From: Enterobacteria phage O276
Length of the DNA stretch: 41,969 nt
Sequence record: NC_049951.1
Direction: 5' to 3' (one strand)
Shown: positions 23,908-32,152 of the stretch, one piece after another
Layout: each line of letters starts with the position of its first letter
How positions within the stretch are numbered: position 1 is the first letter of the stretch
Notes under the pieces: generated by a model
Database searches by the model: none
The model's input: the letters and a program-made list of their open reading frames with translations, nothing else
Told to the model about the DNA's origin: nothing
Position numbers and translations under genes: made by a program

Positions 23908-24202
23908 CGCAAAGTCTCCGCAATTACACGCAAGAAAAAACCGCCATCAGGCGGCTTGGTGTTCTTTCAGTTCTTCAATTCGAATATTGGTTACGTCTGC
24001 ATGTGCTATCTGCGCCCATATCATCCAGTGGTCGTAGCAGTCGTTGATGTTCTCCGCTTCGATAACTCTGTTGAATGGCTCTCCATTCCATTCTCCTGTG
24101 ACTCGGAAGTGCATTTATCATCTCCATAAAACAAAACCCGCCGTAGCGAGTTCAGATAAAATAAATCCCCGCGAGTGCGAGGATTGTTATGTAATATTGG
24201 GT

Positions 24203-24484
24203 TTAATCATCTATATGTTTTGTACAGAGAGGGCAAGTATCGTTTCCACCGTACTCGTGATAATAATTTTGCACGGTATCAGTCATTTCTCGCACATTGC
24301 AGAATGGGGATTTGTCTTCATTAGACTTATAAACCTTCATGGAATATTTGTATGCCGACTCTATATCTATACCTTCATCTACATAAACACCTTCGTGATG
24401 TCTGCATGGAGACAAGACACCGGATCTGCACAACATTGATAACGCCCAATCTTTTTGCTCAGACTCTAACTCATTGATACTCAT
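24203..24484 (-). CDS. ea8.5: Ea8.5 protein
   Basis: 93-aa ORF at lambda ea8.5 position. Confidence 0.85.
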   Translation of the reverse strand: MSINELESEQKDWALSMLCRSGVLSPCRHHEGVYVDEGIDIESAYKYSMKVYKSNEDKSPFCNVREMTDTVQNYYHEYGGNDTCPLCTKHIDD

Positions 24485-24675
24485 TTATAAACTCCTTGCA
24501 ATGTATGTCGTTTCAGCTAAACGGTATCAGCAATGTTTATGTAAAGAAACAGTAAGATAATACTCAACCCGATGTTTGAGTACGGTCATCATCTGACACT
24601 ACAGACTCTGGCATCGCTGTGAAGACGACGCGAAATTCAGCATTTTCACAAGCGTTATCTTTTACAAAACCGATC

Positions 24676-25224
24676 TCACTCTCCTTTGATGCGAATGCCA
24701 GCGTCAGACATCATATGCAGATACTCACCTGCATCCTGAACCCATTGACCTCCAACCCCGTAATAGCGATGCGTAATGATGTCGATAGTTACTAACGGGT
24801 CTTGTTCGATTAACTGCCGCAGAAACTCTTCCAGGTCACCAGTGCAGTGCTTGATAACAGGAGTCTTCCCAGGATGGCGAACAACAAGAAACTGGTTTCC
24901 GTCTTCACGGACTTCGTTGCTTTCCAGTTTAGCAATACGCTTACTCCCATCCGAGATAACACCTTCGTAATACTCACGCTGCTCGTTGAGTTTTGATTTT
25001 GCTGTTTCAAGCTCAACACGCAGTTTCCCTACTGTTAGCGCAATATCCTCGTTCTCCTGGTCGCGGCGTTTGATGTATTGCTGGTTTCTTTCCCGTTCAT
25101 CCAGCAGTTCCAGCACAATCGATGGTGTTACCAATTCATGGAAAAGGTCTGCGTCAAATCCCCAGTCGTCATGCATTGCCTGCTCTGCCGCTTCACGCAG
25201 TGCCTGAGAGTTAATTTCGCTCAC
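24676..25224 (-). CDS. ea22: Ea22 protein
   Basis: 182-aa coiled-coil-rich ORF at lambda ea22 position. Confidence 0.85.
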   Translation of the reverse strand: MSEINSQALREAAEQAMHDDWGFDADLFHELVTPSIVLELLDERERNQQYIKRRDQENEDIALTVGKLRVELETAKSKLNEQREYYEGVISDGSKRIAKLESNEVREDGNQFLVVRHPGKTPVIKHCTGDLEEFLRQLIEQDPLVTIDIITHRYYGVGGQWVQDAGEYLHMMSDAGIRIKGE

Positions 25225-25442
25225 TTCGAACCTCTCTGTTTACTGATAAGTTCCAGATCCTCCTGGCAACTTGCACAAGTCCGACAACCCTGAACGACCA
25301 GGCGTCTTCGTTCATCTATCGGATCGCCACACTCACAACAATGAGTGGCAGATATAGCCTGGTGGTTCAGGCGGCGCATTTTTATTGCTGTGTTGCGCTG
25401 TAATTCTTCTATTTCTGATGCTGAATCAATGATGTCTGCCAT
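25221..25442 (-). CDS. small C4 zinc-finger protein, TraR/DksA-like
   Basis: 73 aa with CxxC-x17-CxxC (CECG...CRTC); ATGA overlap with ea22 start suggests coupling. Confidence 0.5.
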   Translation of the reverse strand: MADIIDSASEIEELQRNTAIKMRRLNHQAISATHCCECGDPIDERRRLVVQGCRTCASCQEDLELISKQRGSK

Positions 25443-25667
25443 CTTTCATTAATCCCTGAACTGTTGGTTAATACGCTTGAGGGTGAATGCGAATAATAAA
25501 AAAGGAGCCTGTAGCTCCCTGATGATTTTGCTTTTCATGTTCATCGTTCCTTAAAGACGCCGTTTAACATGCCGATTGCCAGGCTTAAATGAGTCGGTGT
25601 GAATCCCATCAGCGTTACCGTTTCGCGGTGCTTCTTCAGTACGCTACGGCAAATGTCATCGACGTTT

Positions 25668-25853
25668 TTATCCGGAAACTGCTGTCTGGCTTTTTTTGAT
25701 TTCAGAATTAGCCTGACGGGCAATGCTGCGAAGGGCGTTTTCCTGCTGAGGTGTCATTGAACAAGTCCCATGTCGGCAAGCATAAGCACACAGAATATGA
25801 AGCCCGCTGCCAGAAAAATGCATTCCGTGGTTGTCATACCTGGTTTCTCTCAT
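25668..25853 (-). CDS. orf61: hypothetical protein orf61
   Basis: 61-aa ORF at lambda orf61 position. Confidence 0.7.
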   Translation of the reverse strand: MRETRYDNHGMHFSGSGLHILCAYACRHGTCSMTPQQENALRSIARQANSEIKKSQTAVSG

Positions 25854-26025
25854 CTGCTTCTGCTTTCGCCACCATCATTTCCAGCTTTTGTGAAAGGGAT
25901 GCGGCTAACGTATGAAATTCTTCGTCTGTTTCTACTGGTATTGGCACAAACCTGATTCCAATTTGAGCAAGGCTATGTGCCATCTCGATACTCGTTCTTA
26001 ACTCAACAGAAGATGCTTTGTGCAT
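25834..26025 (-). CDS. orf63: hypothetical protein orf63
   Basis: 63-aa ORF at lambda orf63 position. Confidence 0.7.
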   Translation of the reverse strand: MHKASSVELRTSIEMAHSLAQIGIRFVPIPVETDEEFHTLAASLSQKLEMMVAKAEADERNQV

Positions 26026-26180
26026 ACAGCCCCTCGTTTATTATTTATCTCCTCAGCCAGCCGCTGTGCTTTCAGTGGATTTCGGATAACAGAAAGGCCG
26101 GGAAATACCCAGCCTCGCTTTGTAACGGAGTAGACGAAAGTGATTGCGCCTACCCGGATATTATCGTGAGGATGCGTCAT
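25998..26180 (-). CDS. orf60a: hypothetical protein orf60a
   Basis: ORF ending 25998; lambda orf60a position. Confidence 0.65.
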
Positions 26181-26857
26181 CGCCATTGCTCCCCAAATAC
26201 AAAACCAATTTCAGCCAGTGCCTCGTCCATTTTTTCGATGAACTCCGGCACGATCTCGTCAAAACTCGCCATGTACTTTTCATCCCGCTCAATCACGACA
26301 TAATGCAGGCCTTCACGCTTCATACGCGGGTCATAGTTGGCAAAGTACCAGGCATTTTTTCGCGTCACCCACATGCTGTACTGCACCTGGGCCATGTAAG
26401 CTGACTTTATGGCCTCGAAACCACCGAGCCGGAACTTCATGAAATCCCGGGAGGTAAACGGGCATTTCAGTTCAAGGCCGTTGCCGTCACTGCATAAACC
26501 ATCGGGAGAGCAGGCGGTACGCATACTTTCGTCGCGATAGATGATCGGGGATTCAGTAACATTCACGCCGGAAGTGAATTCAAACAGGGTTCTGGCGTCG
26601 TTCTCGTACTGTTTTCCCCAGGCCAGTGCTTTAGCGTTAACTTCCGGAGCCACACCGGTGCAAACCTCAGCAAGCAGGGTGTGGAAGTAGGACATTTTCA
26701 TGTCAGGCCACTTCTTTCCGGAGCGGGGTTTTGCTATCACGTTGTGAACTTCTGAAGCGGTGATGACGCCGAGCCGTAATTTGTGCCACGCATCATCCCC
26801 CTGTTCGACAGCTCTCACATCGATCCCGGTACGCTGCAGGATAATGTCCGGTGTCAT
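26177..26857 (-). CDS. exo: exonuclease (Red alpha)
   Basis: 226 aa [31 protein letters not shown]... Confidence 0.97.
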
Positions 26858-27639
26858 GCTGCCACCTTCTGCTCTGCGGCTTTCTGTTTCAGGAATCCAA
26901 GAGCTTTTACTGCTTCGGCCTGTGTCAGTTCTGACGATGCACGAATGTCGCGGCGAAATATCTGGGAACAGAGCGGCAATAAGTCGTCATCCCATGTTTT
27001 ATCCAGGGCGATCAGCAGAGTGTTAATCTCCTGCATGGTTTCATCGTTAACCGGAGTGATGTCGCGTTCCGGCTGACGTTCTGCAGTGTATGCAGTATTT
27101 TCGACAATGCGCTCGGCTTCATCCTTGTCATAGATACCAGCAAATCCGAAGGCCAGACGGGCACACTGAATCATGGCTTTATGACGTAACATCCGTTTGG
27201 GATGCGACTGCCACGGCCCCGTGATTTCTCTGCCTTCGCGAGTTTTGAATGGTTCGCGGCGGCATTCATCCATCCATTCGGTAACGCAGATCGGATGATT
27301 ACGGTCCTTGCGGTAAATCCGGCATGTACAGGATTCATTGTCCTGCTCAAAGTCCATGCCATCAAACTGCTGGTTTTCATTGATGATGCGGGACCAGCCA
27401 TCAACGCCCACCACCGGAACGATGCCGTTCTGCTTATCAGGAAAGGCGTAAATTTCTTTCGTCCACGGATTAAGGCCGTACTGGTTGGCGACGATCAGCA
27501 ATGCGATGAACTGCGCATCGCTGGCATCACCTTTAAATGCCGTCTGGCGAAGAGTGGTGATCAGTTCCTGTGGGTCGACAGAATCCATGCCGACACGTTC
27601 AGCCAGCTTCCCAGCCAGCGTTGCGAGTGCTGTACTCAT
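26854..27639 (-). CDS. bet: Bet single-strand annealing protein (Red beta)
   Basis: 261 aa [36 protein letters not shown]... Confidence 0.97.
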
Positions 27640-27644
27640 CCGTT

Positions 27645-28061
27645 TTATACCTCTGAATCAATATCAACCTGATGGTGAGCAATGGTTTCAACCATGTACC
27701 GGATGTGTTCTGCCATGCGCTCCTGAAACTCAACATCGTCATCAAATGCACGGGTAATGGCTTTTTTGCTGGCCCCGCAGCGTTGTAAATGATCGATGCA
27801 GAGCGATTCAAACAAATGCTGGGGCAGGCCTTTTTCCATGTCGTCTGCCAGTTCTGCCTCTTTCTCTTCACGGGCGAGCTGCTGGTAGTGACGCGCCCAG
27901 CTCTGAGCCTCAAGACGATCCTGAATGTAATAAGCGTTCATGGCTGAACTCCTGAAATAGCTGTGAAAATATCGCCCGCGAAATGCCAGGCTGATTAGGA
28001 AAACAGGAAAGGGGGTTAGTGAATGCTTTTGCTTGATCTCAGTTTCAGCATTAATATCCAT
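27645..28061 (-). CDS. gam: Gam, RecBCD inhibitor
   Basis: 138 aa [32 protein letters not shown]... Confidence 0.95.
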   Translation of the reverse strand: MDINAETEIKQKHSLTPFPVFLISLAFRGRYFHSYFRSSAMNAYYIQDRLEAQSWARHYQQLAREEKEAELADDMEKGLPQHLFESLCIDHLQRCGASKKAITRAFDDDVEFQERMAEHIRYMVETIAHHQVDIDSEV

Positions 28062-28159
28062 TTTTTATAAGCGTCGACGGCTTCACGAAACATCTTTTCA
28101 TCGCCAATAAAAGTGGCGATAGTGAATTTAGTCTGGATAGCCATACGTGTTTGATCCAT
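28016..28159 (-). CDS. kil: Kil, host cell division inhibitor
   Basis: 47-aa [47 protein letters not shown] inside the longer track ORF. Confidence 0.85.
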   Translation of the reverse strand: MDQTRMAIQTKFTIATFIGDEKMFREAVDAYKKWILMLKLRSSKSIH

Positions 28160-28292
28160 TCTTTGGGACTCCTGGCTGATTAAGTATGTCGATAAGGCGT
28201 TTCCATCCGTCACGTAATTTACGGGTGATTCGTTCAAGTAAAGATTCGGAAGGGCAGCCAGCAACAGGCCACCCTGCAATGGCATATTGCAT
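28128..28292 (-). CDS. cIII: CIII, FtsH protease inhibitor
   Basis: 54-aa MQYAIAGWPVAGCPSESLLERITRKLRDGWKRLIDILNQPGVPK... Confidence 0.9.
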   Translation of the reverse strand: MQYAIAGWPVAGCPSESLLERITRKLRDGWKRLIDILNQPGVPKNGSNTYGYPD

Positions 28293-28364
28293 GGTGTGCT
28301 CCTTATTTATACATAACGAAAAACGCCTCGAGTGAAGCGTTATTGGTATGCGGTAAAACCGCAC

Positions 28365-28733
28365 TCAGGCGGCCTTGATAGTCATATCATCTGAATCAAA
28401 TATTCCTGATGTATCGATATCGGTAATTCTTATTCCTTCACTACCATCCATTGGAGGCCATCCTTCCTGACCATTTCCATCATCCCAGTCGAACTCACAA
28501 ACAACACCATATGCATTTAAGTCTTTCGAAATTGCTATAAGCAGAGCATGTTGCGCCAGCATGATTAATACAGCATTTAATAAAGAGCCGTGTTTATTGA
28601 GTCGGTATTCAGAGTCTGACCAGAAATTATTAATCTGGTGAAGTTTTTCCTCTGTCATTACGTCATGGTCGATTTCAATTTCTATTGATGCTTTCCAGTC
28701 GTAATCAATGATGTATTTTTTGATGTTTGACAT
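28365..28733 (-). CDS. ea10: Ea10 protein
   Basis: 122-aa ORF at lambda ea10 position. Confidence 0.85.
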   Translation of the reverse strand: MSNIKKYIIDYDWKASIEIEIDHDVMTEEKLHQINNFWSDSEYRLNKHGSLLNAVLIMLAQHALLIAISKDLNAYGVVCEFDWDDGNGQEGWPPMDGSEGIRITDIDTSGIFDSDDMTIKAA

Positions 28734-28854
28734 CTGTTCATATCCTCACAGATAAAAAATCGCCCTCACACTGGAGGGCAAAGAAGATTTCCAATAATCA
28801 GAACAAGTCGACTCCTGTTTAGTTACGAGCGACATTGCTCCGTGTATTCACTCG

Positions 28855-28863
28855 TTGGAATGA
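28855..28863 (+). repeat. 9-bp target-site duplication TTGGAATGA (left copy)
   Basis: Identical 9-mer immediately outside each IS inverted repeat. Confidence 0.9.
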
Positions 28864-29920
28864 GGCTTTGTTGAATAAATCAGATTTCGGGTAAGTCTCC
28901 CCCGTAGCGGGTTGTGTTTTCAGGCAATACGCACGCTTTCAGGCATACCTGCTTTCGTCATTTTGTTCAGCGCTCGTACCAGGGCCATAGCCTCTGCAAC
29001 CTGACCATCGTAGTCACGCAGTGTCAGTGAACCCCCGAACAGCTGTTTTACCCGGTACATCGCCGTTTCCGCTATCGAGCGACGGTTGTAATCTGTTGTC
29101 CATTTCCACCGCGCATTACTCCCGGTCATTCGCTGATTAGCCACTGCACGGTTACGGTCTGCATATTCACCGGGCCAGTAACCCGCACCTTTTCGGGGAG
29201 GGATAAGCGCGCTGATTTTCTTACGCCGCAGTTCATCGTGACATAGCCGGGTATCGTAAGCGCCATCGGCGGCGGCTGACCTGATTTTCCGGTGGGTTTG
29301 CCGGATTAACCCGGGGAAGGCCTCTGAGTCCGTAACGTTGTTCAGCGACAGGTCAGCGCAGATGATTTCATGTGTTTTACTGTCAACGGCGAGATGCAGC
29401 TTACGCCAGATACGGCGGCGTTCCTGGCCATGCTTTTTGACTTTCCACTCGCCTTCACCGAAGACCTTCAGCCCGGTGGAATCAATTACCAGGTGTGCGA
29501 TTTCACCCCGGGTGGGCGTTTTGAAACTGACATTAACCGACTTTGCCCGCCTGCTGACACAGCTGTAATCCGGGCAGCGTAGCGGAACGTTCATCAGAGA
29601 AAAAATGGAATCAATAAAGCCCTGCGCAGCGCGCAGGGTCAGCCTGAATACGCGTTTAATGACCAGCACAGTCGTGATGGCAAGGTCAGAATAGCGCTGA
29701 GGTCTGCCTCGTGAAGAAGGTGTTGCTGACTCATACCAGGCCTGAATAGCTTCATCATCCAGCCAGAAAGTTATGGAGCCACGGTTGATGAGGGCTTTAT
29801 TGTAGGTGGGCCAGTTGGTGATTTTGAACTTTTGCTTTGCCACGGAACGGTCTGCGTTGTCGGGAAGATACGTGATCTGATCCTTCAACTCAGCAAAAGT
29901 TCGATTTATTCAACAAAGCC
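28864..29920 (-). mobile_element. IS903: IS903-family insertion sequence (IS5 family), 1057 bp
   Basis: Perfect 18-bp terminal inverted repeats GGCTTTGTTGAATAAATC at 28864..28881 and 29903..29920; one transposase ORF; 9-bp TSD. Confidence 0.93.
28920..29843 (-). CDS. tnp: IS903 transposase (DDE, IS5 family), 307 aa from GTG start
   Basis: ...VAKQKFKITNWPTYNKALINRGSITFWLDDEAIQAWY...; track ORF runs 15 codons further upstream to 29888. Confidence 0.9.
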   Translation of the reverse strand: MAKQKFKITNWPTYNKALINRGSITFWLDDEAIQAWYESATPSSRGRPQRYSDLAITTVLVIKRVFRLTLRAAQGFIDSIFSLMNVPLRCPDYSCVSRRAKSVNVSFKTPTRGEIAHLVIDSTGLKVFGEGEWKVKKHGQERRRIWRKLHLAVDSKTHEIICADLSLNNVTDSEAFPGLIRQTHRKIRSAAADGAYDTRLCHDELRRKKISALIPPRKGAGYWPGEYADRNRAVANQRMTGSNARWKWTTDYNRRSIAETAMYRVKQLFGGSLTLRDYDGQVAEAMALVRALNKMTKAGMPESVRIA

Positions 29921-29929
29921 TTGGAATGA
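29921..29929 (+). repeat. 9-bp target-site duplication TTGGAATGA (right copy)
   Basis: Direct repeat of 28855..28863. Confidence 0.9.
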
Positions 29930-29957
29930 ATACACAGTGCAGTGTTTATTCTGTTGT

Positions 29958-29989
29958 TTGCGTGAAAATGAAACCCGCCTGAGCGGGTT
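29958..29989 (-). terminator. intrinsic terminator at the 3' end of nun
   Basis: AACCCGC-tcag-GCGGGTT hairpin followed by a T-rich run on the minus strand; overlaps the nun stop. Confidence 0.55.
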
Positions 29990-30326
29990 ATGACCACTTT
30001 TTGTTTGGGTTTCGCTGGTGAGCGTGATTAACAACTCTGTGCATTACATCCTCATATTTTTCATCTTCAATTTTTTCGACATCGCGAGGAAATGGTGTTG
30101 CTAATGCTTTGTCAACTTTGTCCATTGGGTCTTCATTAATCTTATATTCAGGACCGTCATCTATAGCATTAAATCCAGGTGTCACACCGTTTTTTAATGC
30201 ATATGCTATCCTTTTTTCCCATCTCGCTATTCTCCTCCTGTCTCGAGATGTAAGACCTCTATCAGATACTTTTCTGTTTTGTCCGCTGTCAGGATTAACA
30301 TAAATAGTCTTTTTCACCATAAGCAT
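29988..30326 (-). CDS. nun: Nun transcription-termination factor (HK022-type, arginine-rich motif); alternative ATG at 30320
   Basis: ARM DRGLTSRDRRRIARWEKRIAYALKNG and C-terminal ...NPNKKWS with penultimate Trp. Confidence 0.8.
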   Translation of the reverse strand: MLMVKKTIYVNPDSGQNRKVSDRGLTSRDRRRIARWEKRIAYALKNGVTPGFNAIDDGPEYKINEDPMDKVDKALATPFPRDVEKIEDEKYEDVMHRVVNHAHQRNPNKKWS

Positions 30327-30584
30327 ACCCAATAAGCACCGTACGGTAGTTTACTGTACAATTTTATTTTTTGGACTGCATGTATTTTGTTTCCTAATGG
30401 GTTTGAATCTTTGCAATAAATACTTCTATTTTTTCGAACGACTTCTATATCAAAAAGCTGCTTTGCTTTTTGTGACTAAAAGCAAAAAAGCCTTCTCGCT
30501 AATGAGCAGCATTGCCGTTCATCCTGAACCCGCCGCGCTCCCGACGCATGGTTTAAAGACGCGCCGTTCGTCTATGGGCTTATG

Positions 30585-30684
30585 ATGTACTTAAAGTTCA
30601 TTAATGTAAAGTACCAATAGTACATTTTATGGGTATAAAAAGCTCACTACATCATAAGTTAGTGAACTTTAAGGAAATTTATTT
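30585..30684 (-). promoter_or_regulatory. left operator/promoter region (OL/pL-type) for the heterologous repressor
   Basis: Repeated TTAAAGTTCA / TGAACTTTAA half-site palindromes just beyond the cI stop, upstream of the leftward operon. Confidence 0.5.
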
Positions 30685-31392
30685 TTATCCGAATCGCTTG
30701 TAATCGATTGACTGCCTAATGAGGACTTTGGCTAGAATGTGAAGTTGCTCTTCTTCACCTTCTTCTATGTACCATCGATCATAAGCGGCATTGTCAGAGA
30801 TGACGGCAAGCCTGTTCTTTTGCATTTGCAGGCGCTTAACGTGCATTGTTTTCCCGTATACAAACACATAAATGCCATCGCCATCAAAACAGGTTATGGA
30901 TACAACAACAAAGATCTCATCTCCCGGATTGATGGTTCCCTCCATGCTGTCACCGCGAACCGTGATGACTTTTACGCTTTCCTGTGGCCTTCCATTAAAT
31001 AAAATTCTTGCCTGCTCGGTCGTATATTCAATTGCTCTTATCTTTTCTATAAATTCATTGGAAACCATGGTTCCTGGCCCGGCGCTCGCCTGAACATCCA
31101 ATACATCAACACGATAATAATCATTTGATCTTGATAGATGATTTACCGTGATACCGTCATCATCAGCATAGCCATGCAGATATGCAGCAGTAGTTCCCAG
31201 CACCGAAGCCAGAGATTCCATCTTGTCTTTTCTTGGTATTGACTCCCCGTTGAACCATTTACTAATGGCTTTTGGTGTGACCTTAAGCCTGACAGCTAAA
31301 TCAGCCTGCCTACCATGCAAAGGTAATCCCGCTTTATCACAGGCCAGCGCAAGCCTCTGCGAGAAAGTTTCACGCTCTTTCTGTTGAACCAT
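30685..31392 (-). CDS. cI: CI-type repressor (HTH + LexA-like S24 peptidase domain), non-lambda allele
   Basis: HTH ...GRQADLAVRLKVTPKAISKWFNGE...; C-terminal GDSM...K; start chosen at M56 of the track ORF because upstream residues overlap PR and cro. Confidence 0.8.
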   Translation of the reverse strand: MVQQKERETFSQRLALACDKAGLPLHGRQADLAVRLKVTPKAISKWFNGESIPRKDKMESLASVLGTTAAYLHGYADDDGITVNHLSRSNDYYRVDVLDVQASAGPGTMVSNEFIEKIRAIEYTTEQARILFNGRPQESVKVITVRGDSMEGTINPGDEIFVVVSITCFDGDGIYVFVYGKTMHVKRLQMQKNRLAVISDNAAYDRWYIEEGEEEQLHILAKVLIRQSIDYKRFG

Positions 31393-31457
31393 AAGTTCAA
31401 CTATATTAGGTATTGACTGTACTATCAGTTCCGTCATAATATGAACCATAAGTTCAC
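31385..31457 (+). promoter_or_regulatory. OR-type operator/promoter region: two copies of the 15-bp palindrome TGAACCATAAGTTCA flanking PR (-35 TTGACT, -10 TAATAT); divergent PRM-like -10 TAATAT
   Basis: Palindromes at 31385..31399 and 31443..31457; TTGACT 31413..31418, TAATAT 31437..31442; reverse-strand TAATAT at 31403..31408. Confidence 0.7.
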
Positions 31458-31471
31458 CACAGGAGAGAAGC

Positions 31472-31702
31472 ATGAACGAAGTTACGTTTGGAGAAGTTAT
31501 CAAATCCGTTCGAGTTTCTGTTGTGGCTGATGTTTGTGGACTTACGCCAAAAGCCATCTATAAGTGGCTTGAGCGTGGTTCTCTGCCGCGTACCGAGTTC
31601 ACTGGTGAAACCGAATATGCGGATAAGATCGCCAAGGCATCAGGCGGCAAGTACTCAGCAGCACAGATTCGCCGTATCGGTAAACAGCAGTTTGTTATGT
31701 AA
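31472..31702 (+). CDS. cro: Cro-type repressor, non-lambda allele
   Basis: 76-aa HTH protein just downstream of PR; AGGAGA SD. Confidence 0.8.
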   Translation: MNEVTFGEVIKSVRVSVVADVCGLTPKAIYKWLERGSLPRTEFTGETEYADKIAKASGGKYSAAQIRRIGKQQFVM

Positions 31703-31823
31703 TAAAAATGTACTTTTAGTACCGAACGGCCCGGTATACGGTCGGGTGCCCGGCGTGGTCAAGGATGACTGTCAATGGTGCACGATAAAAACCCAAATTA
31801 TTTACCTATGGAGATAGTAAGAA

Positions 31824-32120
31824 ATGACACAAACAAGTTACAGCAAGCCAACACAGCGAGAAATTGATCGCGCTGAAACTGATTTACTCATCAACCTGTC
31901 AACGCTTACCCAGCGCGGTCTGGCAAAGATGATTGGCTGTCATGAATCGAAGATAAGCAGAACGGACTGGAGATTTATTGCTTCGGTCTTGTGTGCTTTC
32001 GGAATGGCATCAGACATCAGTCCGATTAGCAGGGCTTTTAAGTATGCGCTTGATGAAATCACAAAGAAAAAATCCCCGGCCGCCACCGAGGATTTTAAGC
32101 AAATTGATATGCAATTCTGA
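31824..32120 (+). CDS. cII: CII-type transcriptional activator, non-lambda allele
   Basis: 98 aa; C-terminal ...KKSPAATEDFKQIDMQF resembles lambda CII ...KKRPAATERSEQIQMEF. Confidence 0.8.
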   Translation: MTQTSYSKPTQREIDRAETDLLINLSTLTQRGLAKMIGCHESKISRTDWRFIASVLCAFGMASDISPISRAFKYALDEITKKKSPAATEDFKQIDMQF

Positions 32121-32152
32121 GGGAATTACTGGATCTATCAACAGGAGTCATT

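Noticed and set aside
23776-24129. Plus-strand ORFs between xis and ea8.5 (117 aa and 78 aa)
   Set aside because: They overlap the int/xis region on the opposite strand, have no recognisable motifs or ribosome-binding context, and lambda is not known to encode genes there.
28864-29920. Host chromosomal DNA picked up by aberrant excision (transducing-phage-like)
   Set aside because: The segment has perfect terminal inverted repeats, a single transposase and a 9-bp target duplication within continuous phage sequence, and it is not adjacent to attP; it is an IS insertion.
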